Of a stretch of 64,000 bases of DNA, positions 1 through 11,700 are shown piece by piece. The notes under the pieces are model-generated. The model saw only the letters and a program-made list of their open reading frames with translations. It was not told the DNA's origin and did not search any database. The stretch is from Haliotis cracherodii. Lineage: Eukaryota. The DNA is taken from the NCBI RefSeq assembly GCF_022045235.1, contig NW_027266264.1, positions 67,394,001 through 67,458,000 of the forward strand, read 5' to 3'. Each line of letters opens with the position of its first letter. Position 1 is the stretch's first letter. A program made the position numbers and the translations under genes.

Positions 1-614
1 TCCTACAATATGATATAACATAAATATTCATTTAGATGACTTTCCAGCGCAAAACTAGATGAATTTATTCGTTCCTTTGTTGTATAATTGGTGAAATATG
101 AATACTTAACGTAAATCAGAATATGATATTTATTATTTATTATAGCTGACGTGATGTGATAGCATAATCAGTGTGCTTATGCTTAACAAGTGTTGTTAGT
201 TGCATCTATATTGCTAGTATTGTCAATCCCGAGTAGCTAAGGTGAAGACTCCTGCTGAAAACACCATACAGAAAGCAGGGATACTGTTAGTCGCGTGATC
301 CTCAGCTGGGTGGTCCAGCTCAGATTGCTTGTGGCTTAAAGCCCGTGTTTTAAGTGGCAGTTATTATCATTATTGTTAAACTTATATTTGATTAATACAT
401 ACATTTACATAAATATAAGTTGATACATTAATGATACGTATTATTTTAAATCAATAAATTGTTCTTTTAGCTATCCAGCTGAGAAGTATTTATTAGTAAC
501 ATTGCAAACTCATTCTAGTAAACAAGTCTACTATAGAATGTGTATTGCACGTATAGATTCCTCTCAAACTGTTTAAGGTTACGAGGACAAAGCTGCATTG
601 GCAGAGATAAATAC

Positions 615-3600
615 CCTTGTGCCTCTGTTAAACTTCCATTTAAAAGATGCAGCTGTCACCCAGTTAAACATCTTGTAGACAAAGTTTTGATAATCTTTGT
701 AGTCGTCGTTTGTCATAAATGCCTCCTTTACCATAGACCCAAAGCCGAAAAGGTGACGCTTGTGATCTATCTGTAGATAAAAGACATGGGATTCAATGTA
801 TTCTGAAACAAGAACAACCACTTAAAACAGTGAATGATGAAAACAGATGAAACCCGTACTTATTAGTTAATGGGAAATATAAAATTCATTTGTACGGATA
901 AATTGAATGTGTATGTCAAACCTTAATTTCAATATCAGCGGGGTTGAAAGATGGTGAATGGGTTACTCTGAAACACAGGACAGTGACATAAGAAAATGGA
1001 CAATGATACATTTCACACCATGACAAGGCACCTGCAAGTTATATAATTACTTATTTGTTTTGCTCATGAGTGAGTGATTTTTGTTCAACGTCACAGTAAG
1101 TTGTATTCCAACTATATCACGGCGACCTGTAAATAATCGAATCCTAATCAGTTCAATTAAGCGATAAAACCCTTTCAATAATCATAAGAAGTATCTGCTG
1201 AAATAAGAAATAAAAGCAGCGTCCCTTATTCGATTCTGACTATATCATAAGCATGTGTTCATATTTAACGATTTATGAATCACAATAAAAGAGTATTGAT
1301 ACCCGCTGTTTGCGGAAAAGGTGAACCTACCCGCCACAAACCACTGCCTGAAAACAACGACCAACATGATATGTCAGCTACGACACGGTGCCTGACCACC
1401 CGGTGCCTAAGTAAGTCAGATATGGGGCCTACTCTCACCGGGCATCTTCGCACTGTTTTTCGTACAACATTGGTTCTTTGATATAGTGTTGTTAAAAAGT
1501 GTTGCTTCCTTTATGTATCAATACTTTACTTGACGTCAATGATGTTTTTCCGAATCTTCTGAATCCTGGCATCTGCCTCGGCCTTCCAGTTAGGATCCTC
1601 ATCCACTTCCACCAGTGACGTGTCATCAATGAGGAAGTCTATGCCAGGAACTGGGCCTTGGAAATGTATGTAGGCCCTGCTCATATCTGTTGGTTGAGAT
1701 ATTTGTAAACGTACATTGCATGTGTGGCTTGTCAGTAACTCATTTATATTTCGTAATGATCACTACAATTGTTTGAGTGAGTGAGTGAGTGGGTATGGTT
1801 TTACGCCGCTGTATGCAATATTCCAGCAATATCACGGCGGGGGACGCCAGAAATGGGCTTCGAGAATCGAACCCGGGTCTTCGGCGTGACGAGCGAACGC
1901 CTTAACCACTAGTCTATCCGACCGCCAATTGTTTGAAGCAAAGCACTTAATGTTCAAGTAAAAAGTGACAGTTTTGTTGATAGTTTAGAACATGATGTGT
2001 TATACATTAGGGCAATTAGTTCAAGAAGTATAAAACTGAATTTCAAAATATAAACCCGCATATTCTTGCAGGCGCTATACACGTGTTGAATAAGGTGAAA
2101 AGCTGTGATCTGAAAGGATACAGGAATGGCAGAATCTCATGATTTGGGGTTGACTCACTTCTTAGAGGAGCGGTGAAATTTCCGTTCAAAGAAAACCATC
2201 CACTAGAAGACTTAACGTAAGGATGCTGACCAATGCCAGAGTAGTCGGTTTTGCCTGGAAGTAGAACAGATTTTAGACTTAGGCATTATCACATTAAGCT
2301 TACTTAAGTCCTACCGACCATATTGTGTGGCGACCCTATTGTGTTTCCTCCAAGTTGTTATCCCGTAACTCCAAATTCAATGTTATCTTTGAAAATATGT
2401 CAGCATTTCAGAGATTCATGTTTACCATGTGCTTTCATGGTATGTTTTTTGCAAATAGTGATCTTTTATCTAAACTGTTTTATAATTAAGTACTTTTAAT
2501 AGGCAATGGTGACAGTACAAATTCCTTTCGAAAATTCCTGTAGCTGCAGGTCCAGCCCTTGGTGTCTACATTCCACAACTTTTGAGGTACAATCCCGCAT
2601 GCTCTTTCTCCCAAGATATCAAAAGGCGTCATTCAATTCTTCCTCAGAAGTTGTTTGATAACATTTACAACATTCATAGTCTCGGGAAGGCTTGTAGGGA
2701 GACATTTCCAAATTTGACGCATCAGTGAAAAAAATAATGTCCGATGCTATTCCCTATTTTGACCATTTGTTACCGTGTTTTTTTCAGGGGAACAACTGAC
2801 TTCCCTTTGCATGTGTTTGTATCGGGTGGCACCGGTGGGACAGGATACGCTCACTTTTTCGCGCACAAAAGGTATCATAACAATTTCATAGTGATTCATA
2901 AACACATGCTCAAGATGTAGTCGGAGTCGTACAATCGACTATGAACAATGGGGGCACGGGTGGCCCAGTAGTATAAGGCGCCGCGATTCGCTGTGCAGTG
3001 GTGCGTCCCTTAGCACGTCAGAAACCTTTGATTGTAGGTTCGAACCCCGGTTCGCCCCGATTATGTTTCTAGGTTTGTCAGTACTATACCCGTTCCCATG
3101 GGTTTCTCCGGAGTGGTAAACGTCTGATACCTGCATCATACTTTCATAAGAAAGTAATGTCGAAAGCCACCACCTTCAACAGAGTCAGAATTTGAGATAT
3201 CTACAATGGGTATTGAATGTCACCATCAAAAGGCCGTTGGTGATATTAACAAATAACTCATCTGGAAGGTGTCATCCAAATTGACTGAGAAAGCTGCGAG
3301 GTACATGTATAAGAAAGATCCTTGTAGGCCAGCGAGATCGATATGTATAAATTAAGAACCGAGCAACATGTTTGGGAATAGTTTTAACAGTTATCAATTA
3401 ATTATCACCATGGTGTATTCTGTGCTAGTGGTGATCAAAGCAAGGCGCAAGCGCAATACGAGTTTGACTGTTGACTGTATTTGTTTTACGAGTGTACACA
3501 CCATCATCCGACCAGGTATATGCAATGTTCATCTTCATGGTCTGGAACATGGCCCCGGGGTGGTCGTTCAACTGCTTGATACTGGTCCTGTAGGCGTAGC

Positions 3601-5047
3601 GACCACCAGGCTTCAGGGGAATAACCTGGCCCGGACCTGCATCCCAAGTCTTTCTAAGAAAATAGCAGAATGAAAAATATTGAAATAATCTGACACTTCA
3701 TTATGATCTCATATTTCAACACCTGAAACAATAACATTTATAGGTAATATAGAAAAGCACTCGGGTAAGGATCGCATAAGGGTCATAGTTATATAGATAT
3801 ACATGTACGGTTCCACTTTTGATGGGGATAATCAGACATGTCATATATTTAAATGTACACATGATATATGAGAAAATTTTGTGTTAGGAAATATCTCTAT
3901 CAGAGGTGGAGAAGTATATTTCGATATTAAATCAACTAAACTGCTGAATAGGCAATAGTGATAGTAATCTTGTATAAATTGTGATACAGTGGTTCATGGT
4001 TGACATTCATGTGGATGGATTAGTTACATATGAATCTGGTCAAATTCATAACATAGATCAATCCATATATACAATGCAATAGAAAAGAAACGCAAAAGTA
4101 GTGAAAACACCACTTGTTGGCCTATGAATACATCGGGTTTTCATTTGCGTGCCAAATGAATAGCGAAAACATGCCACCACTAACTGAAGCCAACGCAACA
4201 ACGCCATCGGCCGACTGCAAACAGGAGAATTATCTTCAGCTGTAGCCAGCATTTTCCACGTCGCACCAATCGCCATTACAAGAGTGTGGAACCGTTGTCA
4301 GACACACAGGACAACACGTCACCATCCCAGATCAGGTAGACCACGTATCACTGCTAGAGCACAGGACAGATTCATACGTCTGCGTCACTTACTTGAAAGA
4401 ACCACCACGGCCAACTATAGAACTATGGTTTGCGTAGGATATTAGCGACAGTCCCAGGACTCAGGTAGTTAAATTTGTAGATTTATCACTGAGTGAGAAA
4501 GTATTCAGTTCGAGGTGTCATTTTGACGGACCTTTATCGTCGGCTGCGACGTCAATGGTGTCAAGGTCATAGAGTCAGTTAGTTTTAGACTCTGACGGTG
4601 GCCATACAAGATGACCTTCATCTTGAACATCTACTGTTTCATGTTTGCCATATGGAACCTGGGTCAATGACAATGATGTGTGCCAATTTAGGACAATCGA
4701 TTACCATCCAGCATCTGTTGATTACTTATAAAACATATAAAATTTACAGCTGAAAGCAGTTTGACATTATGAGGTCACTGTCAAACGTGAAGCACATTTC
4801 AGGTGTGATGTCGCTGATTGCTAAAAGCGGCATAAACCCATACACACTGATCTACCTACCTGCCAGTAACTTTCAGGGCACGGCTGCCCCCATGGACGTC
4901 GTCTGTGATTATGTCGAGTTTGATTCCAGATCCTCCCCAATTGTCAGAGAGGTCTAGACTCTCAAATCCTGGGTTTTTCAATAACTCGAGTGCAAACACC
5001 GATTTTATTACTACTATCAGCAGAACAAGGTAGTCACGGGGACTCAT
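615..5047 (-). CDS. GH10 endo-xylanase-like protein with N-terminal CBM4/22, paralogue A (5' part; continues off the left edge)
   Basis: GT-AG exons with consistent phase: 4860-5047, 3502-3653, 2159-2254, 1530-1686, 922-967, 615-770. Signal peptide MSPRDYLVLLIVVIKSVFA; CBM start ELLKNPGFES; FQGPVPGIDFLIDD; WKAEADARIQKIRK; GH10 start HLFGFGS...MFNWVTAASFKW. Exons 2-6 are the same sizes as in paralogue B (152/96/157/46/156 nt). Confidence 0.92.
1777..1925 (-). mobile_element. tRNA-derived SINE, family A
   Basis: tRNA-like head, core GATATTGCTGGAATATTGC, (ACTC)n tail, TSD caattgtttga. Confidence 0.85.
2949..3146 (+). mobile_element. SINE family D (3'-truncated)
   Basis: Matches the reverse complement of 41100-41302. 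Confidence 0.75.
4171..4570 (+). mobile_element. Degraded Tc1 transposase fragment in intron 1 of paralogue A
   Basis: MPPLTEA..NAIGRLQTG..., PRSGRPRIT, QDRFIRLRHL, with frameshifts. Confidence 0.7.
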
Positions 5048-5539
5048 AACTGTATATCACTGTCTACTGTGTGAAGAAGAATGTGCCTTCACTGGTGTGT
5101 TAATACAGATAAGGTTTTGATCTCGTTTTTGACATGTTGGACAGATCACCTGATTGTAGACAGCCGTTTTATAATGACACATTACACTAGATATATGGTG
5201 CGATCGTTGTAAACTATACAGGTGTTAGCATTACATGCAAAAATGGAATCGGGTAAATGATCGCATTTTCCCAATGCCACCAAACGTCTAACATACATGT
5301 ACCAGCACTGTTTTGTGGCTACATTGAATATACTTTGTACATGTCATGAATCATTTAGATATAAGCACACCTGGTAGCAAGTATACCGAAATATTTTACC
5401 TTTAGATTCAACATTCAACAAATAAATCGGAAGTGATTCTGATGCATTTGATTGTGTAACCATGCAGTATTTTAGCATTAATGTTTCCATAAACCGAAAT
5501 GAATTAGGCAGGCCCCACTAACGGACTGCTGTTTCGTAA

Positions 5540-6231
5540 ATGGCTCATACTAGAGCCTGCTCTTTCTTAGAAGATTCTAAAGAGCTTCATACGGCCTTTT
5601 CTCAAAGGTTGTGTAATCAGGGTAACAACTTTACTTTCAAGGCCTCAGTAAAGCTACCAAAAGGTTTTATGGTGAGACAGGTGTTTGACATTTCCAAATT
5701 TGACGCATCAGTGACAAAAAGGATATCCGACACTATTTCCTATTTTAATTGGGCCATATGTTCCTGTTTTTTCAGGTGAACAATTGACTTGCCTTAACAT
5801 GAGTTTGTGACGGGCGCCATAGGTGGGGAAGGATACGCTCCCCCTTTTCGCACCTGGTATCATGACTGTTTGATAGTGATTCATAGAGACATGCTTATGA
5901 TGTAGTCAGAGTCGATTTGCGATTCCGACTTAATCATAAGTATGTGTTTATGAATCACTATAAAAAATGATAATACAAGGTAAGCGTATCCTGCCCCACC
6001 GGTAGTGCCCGTCAGCAAGACATGCAATAAGAAGTAAATTGTACTTGTTCAACGGAAAACAAAGACGGGACCATATGGTACGAGTCAAAACAGGGAATTG
6101 CATTGGACAAAATTTGTGTCATTTATGAGTCAAATTTAGAAACACCCCACACATGTCTACCTTAAAACTGTTTGATAGCTTTAACACTGATCAACTAACT
6201 ATGGAGAAAGAGTTATATGACGCTCTTTGAA
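5540..6231. mobile_element. Two Penelope-like 3' fragments in tail-to-tail inverted arrangement
   Basis: 5540-~5915 is a plus-strand copy and ~5920-6231 a minus-strand copy of the same family. Confidence 0.65.
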
Positions 6232-6961
6232 CATATACATGTACACGCCTAAAAAGCGAAAAGGCTTCTGGAAATAAAGTAACGACTTAGTGTTGTCTGT
6301 CTCGCATCGAAGAACTTCCTTTCCGTCCATAACCTAACGGAACCAGAATGATTCTGTTCAACGCTGCAGCAAAATGAATGAAAGCAAAATGGAAATATGG
6401 TATTTACAACCAAGACAGGTTCTGTGTATAATATCAGGCAGTATATCAGGAACCTTGTTCGAGGAATGTATCCGTCAATATGCACATAAACAACCAATAT
6501 CCCATATATCAGCAGATGTACAAAGAAACTTGTTGGATGTCACGTGTCTTATATTTTAAAATATATTATATAGTTTTTTGGGATATTATAACTCGTATTC
6601 GATTCCTAGCTGATCATGTACGTTTCTGGGACATTAGGTTAGGGACGTAACGGAATGCTCGCTTCTGTTCTTTTACGTAGGAAAACCGATGAATCGTAGG
6701 CATTCACGCCCAGATTTGGACGAATTCCGTCTGCTTTAGTAAACCTACATATACAAACACTTACTTCTGATAAATCCACTGTGCAAGTTATTAATCAAAC
6801 AACGTATTTTCGGTTAGTCATTTGATCGATGTTTTTGGCAACTCATGTTTACAATCCAAGTTTGAATGCCAAAGGGGAACTACTGATTGCTGTATATCCT
6901 ATACATCCTCAGAGGCATGGGTGAACATTATAAAGTTTTTTGGCATTATACCTGTAACAAT

Positions 6962-7214
6962 ACCCATGAAGATTTGGGTCTTCAGCAACCCATGCTTGCC
7001 GTAAAAGGCGACTATGCTTGTCGTGAGAGTGAGTAATGGGATCAGTTGGCCAGGCTGGCTGACTTGTTTTGATGCATGTCATCATATCTCAATTGCGTAG
7101 AACGATGCCCATGATGTCCATCACTGGATTGTCTGGTCAACCCTCGATTATGGACAGGCCGCCGTCATATACCTGGAATATTGCTGAGTGCGGCGTCAAA
7201 CAACAAATACCAAC
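6962..7214 (+). mobile_element. SINE-like family B (Deu/Nin-like core, AACC tail)
   Basis: CCCATGCTTG...TTGTCGT-AGAG core; 3' CTGGAATATTGCTGAGTGCGGCGT. Confidence 0.75.
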
Positions 7215-7262
7215 CTGTAACAAAATCAACAGAACATCAAGTGGATGACAACAAATACACTA

Positions 7263-7797
7263 TCCCGAGCCAAGGGAGTGGTCTGACCATAAAGTCCAGG
7301 TTTCCACCCTTGCCGAACTAGGCTGTAATTATGGAGTTACTGTTTGGCTGGACTAACGAGTCTATAGATGCATAGTCCAATCAAAATCGCGTAACGAAAT
7401 CGACATCGTGTTCGTAAACTGTCGTGCAGATTTCGGTCGAATGCAGGATTTGCAAAGCATGTGTACCGACAGCTTATCGTCAACAGATATTTTCTAAATC
7501 TTTTCACGTTTTTACTCAAGGCGCTCACATGATCTGATGCCAGTTTTATTACAATATAGATCTTGATTATCGATCAGATCGTCTTCACTGGGCGACGCCA
7601 TTTTATTTGAAGCAAATAGAAGTGATATAAGAGGTGGAATCTCATTGGTAAATAGGAGTGGTAAATAGGAGGGGCATAGAAGAGACATAACTCGTAATAA
7701 CTACTGGTGGCGCTACGATCGAGACCAGAAATTCCAGCCTAGTTTGGCAAGGGTGGAAACTGGACTTATATGGTCAGTTAACTCCCTTGCCTCGAGA
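7263..7797. mobile_element. Non-autonomous DNA transposon with ~60-bp imperfect TIRs
   Basis: Left end cccgagccaagggagtggtctgaccat...tttccacccttgccgaactaggctg is mirrored by cagcctagtttggcaagggtggaaac...tggtcagttaactcccttgcctcgag. Confidence 0.75.
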
Positions 7798-8723
7798 AGA
7801 TGCGAATACACAGGTGTAGGGTGTTATTTGTCATGTTTTTAAATATTCATTGTTTATTCTTGCGTGGTGTTGCGAGGGTGGCTGAAACATTCTGAGCCCC
7901 ACCATGATGGACCACGTTGATGTATTGGATTACTATGATGAAATTCTGTAACATTAATCATGTTGCAACACTCTCTATATAAAATTGCCCAAGATGGCAG
8001 AGATATTGCCGATGCGATGTTAAATTATAAATGGGGCAGTAACATCAGGAGTTTATGAATTTAGATGAAGGACCCACAGAAAATTAAATTAATTATGTCA
8101 GTGTTAATATATTCTTACGTGGTGTTGCGAGGGTGACTGAATCAATCTGAGCCTAACTATGATGGACCGAGTCGGTGGAGTGAGCCGTTATTTATTTTTC
8201 AACAGGAACCCTGCTGATGTGCATTGCTAAATGGTCGTAGTTCGAGTGGACATTAATATTGTTATCGTTTGGTATGTATGAAATGATGTGTTTAGTAAAA
8301 CTGTATTCCACATGTATGTTGTCATAGTTTATTCAAAACATAGAGACCATTAGCCCAGGTTACATGTTTTAAGATGGTTGCATTTGATGATAGCACAATC
8401 ATATTAATTTCATAAAATGTACGTCGCAATGCTTGGTATTTATTACACATGAGTATATGTACGAAATGACAGTCTACAGAAGTTACATAAAGTTACATGT
8501 AAAGTTTCTAAAGATTATATCAAAAGACGAAATCCGTCAAAGTCTCCGTTTACAGATGTAAACATCAGATTGTGAAAAATAGTTATATTCTGACAAAAAC
8601 TATACAGCACCTTCTGATTCACACCATATTCAAGTAATTACCTCACTTAATATGTTTTTATTAATATTAGGGACAATATATTGCTTCATATAAAAAAATA
8701 AAGTGAGAAGATAAAAACGTGCG

Positions 8724-8729
8724 TTTATT
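8724..8729 (-). promoter_or_regulatory. Candidate polyadenylation signal (AATAAA) of paralogue B
   Basis: AATAAA on the minus strand ~50 nt after the stop codon. Confidence 0.5.
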
Positions 8730-8778
8730 GCTGCTTTCTTTAGTATGATTGAAACACAGGAATATGAAAGCACCGACT

Positions 8779-11700
8779 CTAACCGATGATAGCCCCACCA
8801 TGATCATCAAGTGAACAACACGTGGCCACGGCCAACACCCCTTGTTCGCCAGTAAACTTATCTTCACCATTCATGGCAATGCAGAATTCTCCTTTAGCTT
8901 GCGTGCCTAGAAAACAGATGAACAGACAGGGCTAGGATGTATGGAATACCTAAACATAACAGATTGGTCATGTTTAATTAGCAGTTGTATGAAGAAATAC
9001 TCATTCTGTGTTTTCAATGTGGAGCTATGTTATGTGTAGATGCAAACACAGAATGTGGAAGCAAACGCCATGTGTATGCTTCCAATGTTAAATCTAGTGC
9101 AATTAATTCTACAGGTACACTAACTATTCATTGAAAACATAGTATGATTTATATTTCCATTCTACCCGAACAAAATACAACGCCAAAGCCTTTGGTTGTT
9201 AGGATGATAGTGAGTGAAGTAGCATAGGTTGATACTAGTGTTTTGAGGAGGTTGCCGACTTGAAGGAATCGCAGCCATTTCAACGTTACTGTGTGCGATA
9301 GTGAAGCGTCAATTTCAGTTGTATCTCTGAAACTTGAAATATACTCTATAGGTTAACTTGCGCACTGCCATAATAACTTAAGCATTCGAGGAACTCGGCA
9401 TTTTGTAATACATATTTTCTGGCATCAAAGACGGAAGTAAAATCGACTGCTTCAATAAGAGATTATTGTAATTTGAAAACACTCGTTGACAATTCAGAAT
9501 CGAGGTTTATTTTAAAAGTCTTGGTCAAATAAAACGTACGTGTAGTTTTTCTTTAATGCATATGTTATTTTTCATAATAATGACATAGAAATTTGTGTTT
9601 CTGTACTTTCAGGATTTGATGCATATGTAAACCCGCGGTATCCAGGGCGGTGAATCTTCATGGCTTTATAAGGAGAATAAATGTGTATATAAATGCTTCT
9701 CACTAGGATGATTCATATGAGTAGCATGAACTATATTATATGATATCCAAGTTTCTAAAAGAAAACAAATACCTCCAATAAATGCGCCCGCTGACTTTCC
9801 AAAGTCCGCTCGGACGCTACAGCCAAACAGCACAGTTCCCGCATCACAGGCTACAGATGCCTTCTCTCCCTTCTGGAGACTGCTCGGTTTGGACACCAGC
9901 GTCTTACAGGACAGTTTGGGGGCAGTACAACAGGCAGCATAAGACCAGGTACCTTCATTTCAAGTTACATCTTTAGCTAGATTTCGCTATATTGTGGTTG
10001 GATACCAGTCTTGCATTGATGTCTACCATAAAACGTGAGTGCATTAAACCGGTCCCATTGAATAAAAATCATATTAATATCCTGATCATGCAATTTGAAA
10101 GGATGCTCGTAAAACACTTTCAGATATGTTCAGGGTTTTGTTTCTTAAATCAGACATTTCCGATAACATTGTTTCTTGACCTTTTAAAGGACATTAAAGT
10201 AACTTAAAATTTCAACGTTACAGTAACTGGTTCGATAATATCACACTGACCTACAGTAGTGCCTTCATTTGAGGCAACACATCCCTTTTGATTGTCCGAT
10301 GGGAAGGATCCTATCATCTCAGAGTCCCATGTCCAGGCCGTACAGCCTAAATGAGAGAGAGTTATCACATCAATGCTGTTATTAGATAATATACCATTGA
10401 CAATTTGTCACGAACTCATGGTGACCAGAAACATAGTTCGACTTATCCGGGGTTCGAAACATCCGATTCAACCTTATTTGACTCAGTTGGGTCCATGTGT
10501 ATCCTCGCCTTCTCCCGTCTCCCCACAACGAGTAAGGACGTCTAAATCAACATCACCTAATGATGCTAATACACGCCGTAGTTACAACAGATTAACGACA
10601 ATACTCATCATTCACACTTAATTCAGGGGGCGATTCAAATACGAATCTGTCAAACATTTTACACTGTGTAAGGGTATAACAGGTGTCAAGTACCTCATGT
10701 GTTTTGTAAGTTGTAAATGTTAGGTGGTCACAAGTGCACCATGAGAGCAGTGTTGTGTTATCTCTGCCATGATAAGATGTAATATGCAAATATAGTGCTG
10801 ACTGCTGTCAACTCACCTGTGGCAATTTCGGAGTTCAAACAAGTTGTTTCCACTCTCGCATCCACAGACTTGGCAGATGGTCCTGATCCCCTGTAGGTAC
10901 ACTTGATGTTCTTCGTCTTACAGCATCGTGCAACAGCCTGGAGACCTGGTTACGATTCGATATTTATGAAGAATTGGTCAGACAGGTTTTCTTCAAAACA
11001 TTCAGTCGCTTTAATTAAACAACCAAACCCTTCCTACTCATTTGCAGTATTATTTTATTTGCACAAAGTCTTGGAGTAATCATGATACTATTGTAAATAA
11101 AAGCGACAAACGCTAAACTTTTTCCATATTAATTATATTGATTTGTTAAATTAGCAGATGGCCCTGCACTTCTGTAGGTGCACTTTAATTACTTGGTCCT
11201 AGAATATCGGCAACAGCTAGAAGACCTGATATGTTGAGGTGGATTATAAGTCACGCAACTTAAATATATATCCACCTCTGGGTCGTTTCCAAACTTGTAC
11301 TTAGGATATTTAATGAAATTGACCATTTTATTGCCACAGGACAACAGCTACTCTGAATTAGACCTTCGCCCGCGGTTTTGAAAGCAAAGCTGTCTAAGGG
11401 GTAATTTCTACAATCGTCATGATGTCAAAGAGATTCCTAAGTATTTTTCGATTGTGTCTTTTTATTTTATTACAAGATAAATGCGAAAGATCTGAACAAA
11501 TTGAGTATCCATAATTTGTTTGAAAAGGGTATGGCATAAACTCATTCATAGTGCAGAGAAGTTGATTATATTGGTATTGCTTAAAGGAACTGTTCCTTTT
11601 CTTCATACCATCGATTCCTTTAAGTCAGCCCAATACATCAGTTGCTATCCGTATAACCATGTCAGAAAGAGTTCACAGGTATTAATTTAAATTAAAAAAA

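Noticed and set aside
156-501. Possible solo LTR (TG...CA with AATAAA)
   Set aside because: No matching TSD and no second copy in the window.
7855-8170. ~60-bp imperfect direct repeat pair; CRISPR-like or ribozyme interpretations of repeats in the window
   Set aside because: Only two diverged units, likely transposon debris. No regular repeat-spacer array, and no complete hammerhead core was found around CTGATGA matches.
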